64,000 bases of DNA from Neodothiora populina (taxonomy: Eukaryota), in NCBI RefSeq assembly GCF_041146345.1, contig NW_027191414.1:186001-250000 (forward strand), given 5' to 3'. Below are positions 37,196 to 47,300 of this stretch, piece by piece (position 1 is the first letter of the stretch; each line of letters opens with the position of its first letter). A model generated the notes under the pieces. The model saw only the letters and a program-made list of their open reading frames with translations. It was not told the DNA's origin and ran no database searches. A program made the translations under genes and the position numbers.

Positions 37196-39748
37196 ATGTC
37201 GCTCCTTACCAACGAAGACTTTACCATCTACCAGCTCCGGGCTGGCTATCTGCAGCACATCAAAGACGGCGTGGGCGAACGCCTGATCAACCTGAATTCT
37301 TCAGTCCTCAACAACCCTACCTTCCGGTCTGCAGGCTGGTCCACAGCGGGCGCCGAGATCAAGCGCACCTACTCGCCGCCCATACCGACCGCCATCACTT
37401 CGGAATACTTCCAGGCTCCTCAGAGGTCAGCTGGTCTGCCTCTACACGATGAGGAGGATGAAGGAGGTATGGTCACAGGCCAGGGCAGTCAGGAGACGGT
37501 GGGGATAATGCCGCACAACAAGCGAGCGCGACGGCGGAAAGAGCAGCTCGTCGAGGAGGAGGACAGCAGCGATCTCAGCGACGACAGCGACGAAGATGAA
37601 GAGAGCAAGCGCGCCGCGCAACAGATCAAGTTCAACAAGATGCCCGTGCGGAGTCGCGCTGGCTCGTCACCGCAGAGAGGCTCGCAGGCAGAGGAGGTGT
37701 CGCTGGTCATCACATCCCCTTCACGGCCGCCTGACGCCCAAGGCATCCGTCGCGCATCCCTGTCCAGCGCAGACGTATACAGGACCAGACCGAGGAGAGA
37801 CACGACCACCAGCAGCGAATTCTCCTCGGAAAACGACTTTGACGCTTCCGCCTTCCGCAGACAGAAAGTGCAGACGCGGCAAATCAAGAACAACCACATG
37901 TTCCATACGCGAATTGATGAAGAAGAGCAGGAGGACGGAGACTCTGATCTCGAGGACGACGACGTCGGCGAGGCCTCGGATCTGTCCGATGAGTTCGAGG
38001 GCACTGCCGAGTCAGCGTCGTTGCTCGCAATGGGCGGTCCTCTGGTCGCTGTAGACACTCTCGAGGACAGCCCCGTCAAGGCGATGCCGCATATTCCCCC
38101 TGCCGTCACTCCGACTGCCTCCTCGTCTTCCCCCAGGCGACAGAACCGACTGCCTCCTCCCGCATTGCCCCGTTTGCCCACCGGCCGTCCCATAAGCTAC
38201 GTCCAGCCTGTCAGTCTGCTGTCGAAGGCTCTGCGTGGCACGGGTCAAAAGGCCGAGGATCCCTTCCGTCAATTCGCCCAGCTCTCCGGCAAAGGCGAGT
38301 CCAACCCCTTGTGGATCAAGATCCATGCCCCCTTCTCGACCAAATCTACGAAGCCCTTTGAAGTGCCGCTACGTCGGAGCACCAACGAAGGCGCTCCGAT
38401 TACTGTTGCCGAACTCATCGGCCTCAGCCTGTGGCGATACGCCGAGGAGAAAAGAGAACCGCCCATCCAGGACACCGACATGAACGTCAATCGCTGGACA
38501 TTGCGCATGGTCGAGGATGACGAGGTCGACTTTGATTTCCCTGCACTCACCCGCACTCGACCTGTCGCCGACTTTACTTCAAACAACAACCGTCCGCCAA
38601 TGCGCCGAGCCAGAGACAAGCCCTGGGATGAGTTTGCCCTTGTCCGTGCCACTGACGAGCAGTTCAAGGAGAATGAAGAACAAACTCCCCAGTTCACCGA
38701 GCAGCAGTCACAGCCGCCGCAGCAGGCAAACAGCTCTCTGACTGTGACTCCTGCCCCCGACCCATCCCAAGCCGCTGCTCCACCGCCCACAATGCGCACC
38801 AGCATCGACGCTGCCGCGGCACCATCTTTCATACCCAATGCGAACCCCATCACCTCGTCTTTTGCTCCCATGGCTCGAAAGCACTCGACTCTCCCTCTGT
38901 TGGATGCGCCTGCCGCTCAGGCTCCCCGCTCGACTCCACGGACCGGCGTCTCCACTACAGTGACGATACATTATACCGACCCACAATCATTCCAGACGAC
39001 ACAAGTCCCTGTTCCTACGACCTCAGACACCTATCTTGCCGAGCTCTTCACTTTGGCTTGTCAACGGCTGAACTTGGACAAAGCTCTGCATGTTCTGAAA
39101 GTGAAAGGTACACAGACTGTAGCACCGCAAGATCGCACAGTCGAAGCACTCGGATCGCGCCTTGACCTAGATCTCGTGCGTCGTCGCTTTGTTGGTGTGG
39201 GTGACGGCTGGGGTACACACTCCGGCGCCGGCAGTCCCGGCAGTGAATCCCCGAACGCCCCTCTTCTCCTCACTACCGGCACAACGCCCAAACAAAAATC
39301 GCGAAAGGCCTTCATGGGCCTCCAGAGCTCAAAATCATCCAGCGACATGAACGCAGCAGCAATTTACGGACTGAACAACAGCTCAGGCAAACGCTACCTC
39401 GTCATCCGCCGCCAGCCCCTGTCCTTCGCGCCCTCCCATCCCCGCATCATCGCACTCGACTCCGAGTTCATGCACATCATGCCCGCCTCCTCCGCCGACG
39501 CACTAAACGCAAACATCGACGCCAACATGGCGCCTCCAGCAGGCAAAACAACCAGCGTGCACCTCAGCAGCGTCGTCGGCTGCAAAGTCTCCCGCAAACA
39601 CCCCAAAGTTGTGCGCGTGCTCGTGTATCGCGAGAAGGAAACCAAGCGGTACGACTTCGAGGCTGGCACTAAAGACGAGGCCGCAGAGATCGCGGGCGTG
39701 ATCAATCGGGGGATGGTGAGGTTCAGAGATACGGATGTCGTGCTATGA
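37196..39748 (+). CDS. SIN1: TORC2 subunit Sin1/Avo1 (stress-activated MAPK-interacting protein)
   Basis: MSLLTNEDFTIYQLR..YL..IKDGVGERLI; CRIM region TVAELIGLSLWRY..NRWTLRMVEDDEVDFDFPAL; PH domain VIRRQPLSF..HIMP..ETKRYDFEA. Single 850-aa ORF. Confidence 0.92.
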   Translation: MSLLTNEDFTIYQLRAGYLQHIKDGVGERLINLNSSVLNNPTFRSAGWSTAGAEIKRTYSPPIPTAITSEYFQAPQRSAGLPLHDEEDEGGMVTGQGSQETVGIMPHNKRARRRKEQLVEEEDSSDLSDDSDEDEESKRAAQQIKFNKMPVRSRAGSSPQRGSQAEEVSLVITSPSRPPDAQGIRRASLSSADVYRTRPRRDTTTSSEFSSENDFDASAFRRQKVQTRQIKNNHMFHTRIDEEEQEDGDSDLEDDDVGEASDLSDEFEGTAESASLLAMGGPLVAVDTLEDSPVKAMPHIPPAVTPTASSSSPRRQNRLPPPALPRLPTGRPISYVQPVSLLSKALRGTGQKAEDPFRQFAQLSGKGESNPLWIKIHAPFSTKSTKPFEVPLRRSTNEGAPITVAELIGLSLWRYAEEKREPPIQDTDMNVNRWTLRMVEDDEVDFDFPALTRTRPVADFTSNNNRPPMRRARDKPWDEFALVRATDEQFKENEEQTPQFTEQQSQPPQQANSSLTVTPAPDPSQAAAPPPTMRTSIDAAAAPSFIPNANPITSSFAPMARKHSTLPLLDAPAAQAPRSTPRTGVSTTVTIHYTDPQSFQTTQVPVPTTSDTYLAELFTLACQRLNLDKALHVLKVKGTQTVAPQDRTVEALGSRLDLDLVRRRFVGVGDGWGTHSGAGSPGSESPNAPLLLTTGTTPKQKSRKAFMGLQSSKSSSDMNAAAIYGLNNSSGKRYLVIRRQPLSFAPSHPRIIALDSEFMHIMPASSADALNANIDANMAPPAGKTTSVHLSSVVGCKVSRKHPKVVRVLVYREKETKRYDFEAGTKDEAAEIAGVINRGMVRFRDTDVVL

Positions 39749-39896
39749 TAGTGTGCTTCTTTCCTTTCTTGTATGTAACGGTCTTCAGGACCTGTTTTTG
39801 TGACGCGAAATGATAAACCCCACTTCCTTCCCAATGTCTCTCGTCTTTCTTCCCTGTGGAAGCAACTCATCCTACCATGCCTACACTCCGAGCGCT

Positions 39897-39938
39897 AGTC
39901 CTGCGCGGACGGCGCCACTGCGTGGTGCCTTCCTTTCT
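39897..39938 (+). repeat. 42-bp dispersed palindromic element, copy 3
   Basis: AGTCCTGCGCGGACGGCGCCACTGCGTGGTGCCTTCCTTTCT. Confidence 0.93.
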
Positions 39939-40015
39939 GCATCGCTATGTCACACGTCTCCTATACATCTGAGATCTGTAGGGCAGACACATCCTGCTTT
40001 CCACGTGAGAGTGTT

Positions 40016-40057
40016 AGTCCTGCGCGGACGGCGCCACTGCGTGAAGCCCTCCTTTCT
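40016..40057 (+). repeat. 42-bp dispersed palindromic element, copy 4
   Basis: AGTCCTGCGCGGACGGCGCCACTGCGTGAAGCCCTCCTTTCT. Confidence 0.93.
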
Positions 40058-40660
40058 TCCCCACACTTCCCAACCTTAGTCATCATATACGATAACCGCA
40101 GCTGTCCGTCCTTGTATCACTCGCAGGACCCATAGCTGACCCTCTCATGGGCACCATAGACAGAATCCCACTCGTGCTCCAACTAGCGATGACCTGCGTA
40201 TACTCGACCTTTTCGTGAAACGAGTCTTAGCGTGGTTCTCAGCTTGACGAGCTGAGGGCGCTGCGCGGTAACCAAGTTCCACGTTCCCTTCTCGTCCGCA
40301 CTCGATTGTGGATGGAAGGATACGAGCTGTCAAGTTTTCATAGGTGTGCACATATACAAGCAAAAGTAGACATCTAGCCCATACTTGATTCGAGTATACT
40401 CCACTTCACTGCGCCGTACATTCATATTCCACGATCAAAGCGCAAGTGAAAATCCACGGAATTCCGTTGTCCCAGCCGAAGCCCTGACTCCGGTTCCGCT
40501 CAACCAGCCCCGACTACGAGTGGGATGCCAGAGCCAAGGCCGACATCCGTAGAGAGATATAGTCATTTCCTTTTCTGACAGTATGCAGAACAATGCACCA
40601 GACAAACACTAGATCCTGTGCGAAAAGGACGCAGACGATAAAAAGAGAAAGTGGAGCAAA

Positions 40661-40672
40661 AAAATGCAAAAA
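40661..40672 (-). terminator. RNA polymerase III oligo-T terminator of the 5S gene
   Basis: The minus strand reads TTTTTGCATTTTTTT directly after the 5S 3' end. Confidence 0.7.
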
Positions 40673-40790
40673 CGTACAGCAGCTGGGATTCCCACGTGGT
40701 CACCCACCGTAGTACTAATCAGCCGGTCAACTGCTTATGTCTGGCAGAGCGGACGGGATGCCCAGTTCTCAGCTGCCTGTGGCCGTACGT
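40672..40790 (-). rRNA. dispersed 5S rRNA gene
   Basis: Minus strand reads ACGTACGGCCACAGGCAGCTGAGAACTGGGCATCCCGTCCGCTCTGCCAGACATAAGCAGTTGACCGGCTGATTAGTACTACGGTGGGTGACCACGTGGGAATCCCAGCTGCTGTACGT (119 nt). Helix I (ACGTACGGC/GCTGTACGT) pairs; CCCGTCCGCTC, TTAGTA and GGGTGACC are conserved 5S motifs; a T-run follows. Confidence 0.95.
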
Positions 40791-41104
40791 GGATTACTAC
40801 TACATTGTACCAGTAAATGTAGTTAAAAAATGAGAGTGCTGCAGAGTATGTACGTATGGATTGGCCTTTCGTACTGATACTTCACGGGACGAGTGCAGGA
40901 ATGCTGTACTTCAGGTTGTCGATTCGCTTGAGAGGACTGCGGTGCGTAAAAGAGTATATATACTCAAACCTGTAGGAGAGAAAATCAGTTTATGCAAACA
41001 GAAACGAAAAGAAAAGGAGAGCCGGCGCAACGCAGCAGCGCTGTCTTTACAGTATTATCTTCGACTTAGAGGAGTTTACTAGAGTCAGAGAAGCACGGAG
41101 ATGA

Positions 41105-41146
41105 AGAGAAGAGGGCACCACGCAGTGGTGCCGTCCGCGTAGGACT
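41105..41146 (-). repeat. 42-bp dispersed palindromic element, copy 5
   Basis: Reverse complement reads AGTCCTACGCGGACGGCACCACTGCGTGGTGCCCTCTTCTCT. Confidence 0.9.
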
Positions 41147-41307
41147 AACGTTCGAGCCCCACGGACAGCAGAATCAGCAGGGCCATGATGTAAAAGTAAA
41201 GTATACAAAAATGACATTTGTGTAAAAGAAACCAGGTGGAAAACGCCTGCGCTATGCTATGGTATACATATCTCTAAGTTATGTATCATACACGATTCTA
41301 AAACACT

Positions 41308-41329
41308 TTTCTTTCTTTCTTTCTTTCTT
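41308..41329. repeat. (TTTC)n microsatellite in MDN1 3' region
   Basis: Read directly. Confidence 0.85.
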
Positions 41330-41362
41330 CCTCACTGCTCTCTGTGTACCGGATTAGGCAGT

Positions 41363-44300
41363 CTATGCGCTATCGACCACTTCCGCGAACCAGCCCCTCA
41401 GTGCAGAGGCCAGGACGCCGGGTAGTTCCCGCACATCGCGCACGACGAGATAGTATCCGAAGGGGAAACTGTCGAGGTACTTGACGGTCTTGACGCTCAG
41501 CTCGCCCGTCTCGGGGTTCTTGGAGAAGGTGGCTGTTTGCAAGTCGAGGATGGACGAGGATTTCGTTGCGGCGGGTTTTCCACCGGGAGTGGTCGTGCCG
41601 GAGGTTGGGACTGAAGAAGCCGGAGAGGCGGAGTCGACGATGACGAAGACGATCATGATTCGCTCTGCGTGTGCTTGACGCACTAGTTGGCGGATCGACG
41701 GGTGGTCCTCGCATACGCCGTCCGAGATGATGAGTTGTAGCTGCCAGAGCTCTTGGGTTGCGCTTCCGCCTTGCTTGGCTGCGCGCGCCTCGCGGAACAT
41801 CTCCAACGACCGCTCGATTAGTCTGTGGACATTCGTTCTTGTCTGCTCGAAGGAGAACTTTCGAATCACTTCGGCGCCGGCTTCAGATATGAATGGAGAG
41901 GAGAATTCGTGTGCGGTGGAAACGTCGTCGCCGAAGGCCACAATGGACAGTTCTCCGCTCTCGAGGATGGTCAATGCGCGTGCTACGAGCGCCATGGTCT
42001 CGAATGCGAGCTCGTTTGCCCCTCCTTCTGCCATTGACTTCGAGTCGTCGATCGCGAGCATGATCTGGTAGCTGCGCTTCGAAGGGACGGATCGGCGCAT
42101 CCAAATCTTGTCGCGTTTATACGACGAGGCGATGTAAGGAATGATACGCTTGATGTTGAGACGTTTGCCGGTGCGGTAATCGCCGCGCATCTTTGTGGCG
42201 GTGGTTGGGGAGAGGATGAGACGGAGGTGTTCGGCGAGCAGAAGAGACAAGGTTCGAGTCGATGTCTCGTGTGCTGTGTAGATTTCGCGGGCAGCATCGA
42301 GTGGCATAAGTGAGCTTGTGTCGGTAGGATCGTTGGATAGATGAGTCGAGGTTAGAGCGGTATCAACTTCATCTACATCGCGGTCTTCGTCATCCATCTC
42401 GTCCGTGAGATCTTGCCTTTCTGCATCCTGATCACCAGACTTGGGATCGCCGACAAAGGCACTTGGGATATCCTGGGCGGCGTCGCTTGCAGAGGGGTTT
42501 TGGGCTTCATCGACATCTTCGTCAGCGTCGCCGTCGCGCATCTCAACATCGTTGTCTGGTTTGTACGGCTCAGCGGCAGCATCCCTTTCATCATCTTCGG
42601 GCATGAAGTCTTCACGCTTCTCTTGATCGTTAGTCGCTATGCCCGCGTCTTCGTCGATTGCTTTGGCTTGATCTTCAGTCGCCGCACCCATAGCTTGAGC
42701 GTCAGCTTCATCGGCTTCGTCTTGAAGATGCTCAAACTCCGCGTCTGCCATGTCCATGTCCGGCTGATCTTCTTGACGTTCCTCTTTCTCGGCCCGAGCG
42801 TCCTGGATTTGTCGCTGCTGCTTGTACCACTTCTCGAGTGCGTCTCCAATCTTCTTGAATGGTTCGCTCTCTTTGTTGCCATCATCTTGCTGCTGCTCGT
42901 TTTCCTCGTCTCCTTGGGCGGCTTGATCTTGTTCTGCTTGACCGCGTTCACCCTCTGCGCCTGCGACTTGTTGCTGCTCGGGCTGCGCAGCTTCGGTACC
43001 GGATTCTTGCTGTGCAGCACCAACATTCTGCTGCTTTTGTTCGTCTTGAGGTTGCATGTTGTCCAGCCCTGAGCCCTGTGCCTCACTTTGTGCGACATCC
43101 TCCGCAGCGTTGGTTTCGTCGTTGCGACGGTCGTCTTGTAGAAGGCCTTCGTCATCCTCTGGAGCTTCTTCTTCTGCGTCAGCATCTTCACCTGCATCTT
43201 GGGTTTTGTCCATCTGCTCCTCATCTTGAGTTTCTTCTTTCTCTGCATCAAGTTCAGGCGGCGCGTCTTCGGGAATGTCGGGAGAACCAGCGTCTTCCTC
43301 TGCACCAGCAGGCTCCTCAATCTCGCCTTCGGTCTCAGGGAATTCTTTCTGTTCCTCCTCGCCCATGTCCGCGTCTCCCATATCCTCCATGCCGGACTCA
43401 TCGCCCTCATCTTCGTCTTGACCGTCCATATCGATGTCATCAGGAAGATCAAGGTTCTGTTCTTCCTGCAAATGTGGGTCTGTCTTTTCGATTTCGTCCT
43501 GAGGAGCAGCGTTGTGGTCTTCACCTTCCTCTGCACCCATCTCTTCATCTTCGTCATCACCATCTTCGCCCTTCTCTTCCTTCTCCTTCTTTTCTCCATC
43601 TTCTCCCGCACCTACGTTTTCCTCATCTTTCTGGCCTTGACCTTCTTCACCTTCTTGCTCCTTCTCGGCGTCTTTGCCACCATCATCCCACATCTTCTCG
43701 TCGACTGTGCTAGGACCAAGGTCGTCGACGTCGCCGACTTCTTCTTCCATGTCCTGCTCTTCGTCGTCGTTGTCACTACCTTCTCCTTCTTCGTCGTCCT
43801 TCTCTGGTTCATCTCCCATTTCGCCCTCCATGTCTTGATCGGCCATGTCGACGGCGTCCTTTTCGTCCTCGATGTCATCCTTGTCTGTGCGATCGTCCTT
43901 CTCCTGCGCCAACTCGCCGAGGTCTTCGTCGTCTTCGATGTCCTTGCTGATATCCTCTCCACCTTCTCCTTCGCCAAGTCCCGTACCGCCCTCGAGCTTT
44001 TCGTTTTGGTTGTCATTCTGGCCGGCAGACTTGTCAGAGGGAGTACAGAATCCGCTTTGCGCTAGAGTTGTGAAAATTTTGGCGAGGTGGACGGAGGTCT
44101 GTGAGATTGCCGTGTGGAGGTTGTTGAGGCGGGATGCGAGACTGGCAGTAATGGATTGATATTGTTGAAGTAGAGGCACGTAGGAATGTAGTACAGCAGT
44201 GGCTGGCTTCATCTGTGCAGAGTGAAGCTTTTGTAGCTGGGAAAGAACGGTCTGGAGACGAGCAGTGACGTGAGGCAACCTGAGAGACTTGAGGGCTGTG

Positions 44301-47300
44301 GAAAGGGTTCGACCTTCGTTCACAACCCACAAAGCATCTTCGGTAGACTGAGGCAACACGGAAAGCGGTGCTTCAACGTCCTGTACGGATCCAAGGATAG
44401 TGTCAACGAATTCGCAAACACTCTGGCTAAATTCTGCTAGTTGGATCTCGTTGCCAGCGGTCAGTGCTTTCTTTCCGACATCAGTAGTGTCCACGGTCGA
44501 CCATAACTGGACCTGCTTCAGCGTTGCGCCCAAGAATGGAAACTTCTCCATGGCAGGCGCAAGGTCGAAAGCAGGGTCGTTCAAAGTCTGCTTGCACTCT
44601 TCTAATATCTTGACGTGAGCGCTTGACGTAACGCCGTCAGGTAGTTCGGGTAGTGAGATCCATTTGTCTTTCTGCGTCTGCCAGAACGATTCGAAGCGGC
44701 CGAATCCGAAGAGAATGTCAGTGCAGTCAATCCCGCTGAGTTGCTCGTGCATCTTGATTATCTTGGCCGCTGCAACAATGACACTGGGAAGACACATGAT
44801 TGCGTCCACTAGAGTATAATTGACGGCAGGTGTATTGGTAGTGGCCTCGATCGCGTTCTCGGACCACAGATTGACAGTTTGCTCGATCAAATTGTCAAGG
44901 ATCTCCCGATCGTGCGACACTGAACTGAGAGTATTTCGTTGTTGAATGGCGACGAGCAGCATACTCTCCAGCAGAGCTACACTTCTGGCAACCTCGGCAC
45001 CCGTGAGATCATCTGAGTGTTCCCAACTGGATTCTCTGACCTTGGGCATGAGATGAAGCAATCTGTAAAGGTGCTTCTCTGCTTCAGCGCCCTCGAGTAC
45101 AGGGATAGCAGCCAGGACGGCGTGAAGAGAGTCCTGCCGGGCAAGGACGTCTGAACTCAGGTTGGATTTGAATCCCATTTGTCGTAACTCCTTGAGCACG
45201 TCGGCGAAGAGCTTGCGCTTGCGACTCTTCAGATGTTTGACCATTTCCTTGTTTTCTTCTGTAAGCAGTGTAGGCGTCGCTTTGCGCAGCTGCGAAGCCA
45301 GGTTCTCAGTGTCAGACACAAAAACGTGTAATTCCGATGCGGAGTCTATGGCGGCATCTGCGACAGAGGACTTGTTGTGCATGACATTGATGGTTGCAAC
45401 CAAGTTTCTGAAACGTGCAGGGCGCTCGTTCCAGGATGGCAGATTTTCTTCACAAAGAGATTTGGCACTGTCATCGATCTCGGCCTGGATCTTACGTAGA
45501 CCCAGAGCAGTAGCTGTCTCAGCGAGAGGCAGATCAGGAAGACCGGCCGTGATGATTCCTTCTGCAGGGCGGGCGAGAACATCACGGAATTTGCGGATGA
45601 CTCTGAACAGTCTCCTATGACTTGACTTGGCGGATTGACGAAGAGCATCAATGTTGGTGTCTTTCCAGCTAGCTAGCTGTATGATATCTTTCATGTTCTT
45701 CTCTAGACCCTGTCGTCCCTTTTGTACTGCCTCAGCGACAAGAGGCGTGTAAGGCTTCATATAGGCGATAAAATTTGTCAGGGCAGTATGGACAATCTCC
45801 AGACTAGGGACGACAGTAGATCTCTGCTCAACGTATCGTGCAAGATCACCAATCATAGCCAGTCTAGACGCAAATTGACCAAGTCCGGTAGATAGGAAGA
45901 ATCCTTGAAGGGTCTTGATCAGCTCCTGCACGTGCAACTTCATCGCCGCGGGCGTTTGTCCAAGCTGCAAAGGCACAACGACGATGCTCTCATAGGCAAG
46001 GAAGAAAAAGTTCTTGGCGTCTTCATGGCACTTCTCTGCTTCCATGTCCAGCATTCTGGCCCAGGTACTGAGCTCCAATCGTCGCCAGGATACAAGTAGA
46101 TTGGTAAGATCATCATAGAGTGGAGCAGCGGTGTACTCTTTGCTTGCGACCACCTGCCACTCGTGCACGTAAGAGTGTAACTTCTCGACTTTCGTCAGAA
46201 TCTTGGCGACTGGCTCGGTGTGTCCAAATTCGAGTACCTCGTCACTTGTACGAAGCACATCGCCGAGCGTAGCATGCTCAGGCCATACGGCCTGGATCTC
46301 TGAGAAGCGAGCCTTGATACGTTTCATGAGCGCAATGGTCTTCTCCGCCTCCGAAAGATTTGGTGAGGTGTAGATATTGTACTTGCGCTGAGTAAAGCTC
46401 GTGCCGTTAAGAAGCTCAGCCTCCTCCTGAAGCAATATCATGAGAAGAGGCGTAAGCGATCTCTCAGCCTCATCCAATCTTGAGGCTTTTGAAGTGTGAC
46501 TGAGTATGTTTGCTGCCTTCTTCATAAGTGACAGCAAGTCCTCTGCTTTCGTGCCACTAATTTTGAAGATGAAGTGCATAGCGTCTGCCAGGTTCGGCGC
46601 GAGACCTTGGACTCGTCCAGAAGGCTTAACGTGGTCGCCATTCTTGTCGTTCTCAGCATCGTACTCGGGGAACAATTCGCGGTACTCCTCTTCGTCAATC
46701 TCATCCTCGAGTTCAGCATCGCCACGATAGCGGTATAGACTCTTCTTTTGTGCAGTATCTTGTTGGCCAGCCTGGAGCTCAACACTCCATTGCTGGTAGA
46801 AGGTATCGAAGACGTGGTCTATTGTCTGCCATGCCGATTTGCTAAGCCTACCATTACTGAGCAGGCCTCTAGCAGTAGCAAAGCTGGAAAGTGCATGGAT
46901 CTTGACGCCACTGTCCTTAGCCTGCTCAACGGCAATGAGTGCGTTTTCGTTCTGCCATAATTCTGGCTTAGCACTGAGTAGCGGGGTCAATTTTCGGACG
47001 ACAACGCTCTTCTCGTCGATGGCAGAAGTAGACGCGGCTTCAGCTAGAGCAAACCCGATCTCGAGAGCATGGAGAAAGCCAAGGACAGGGCCAGTAATGT
47101 CAGTGTAACCTTTGTATCCTTCGCTCAAGCGGACTTTGACCATGGCAACGTTCTGTCTGAGGACTTCGTCCTTGGCGTTTTCGACAAGGTCTCCGCTCTT
47201 CTTGTTGTCTGTGAGAGGCGCTAACGCACGAAGAAGCGCTGTGAATTCTCCTTGCAGGTTGGCTAGCTCGGAGACTTGTGGACGTGCAATTTCTTGGATC

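Noticed and set aside
33871..40464. Shared short words (CACTCGATTGT, ACGGAATTC) inside both inverted-pair intervals
   Set aside because: They are short, occur in a different order, and give no extended alignment.
42413..44159. Long overlapping ORFs (219-324 aa) antisense or off-frame within MDN1
   Set aside because: They are shadows of the low-complexity D/E-rich midasin region and have no recognisable domains.
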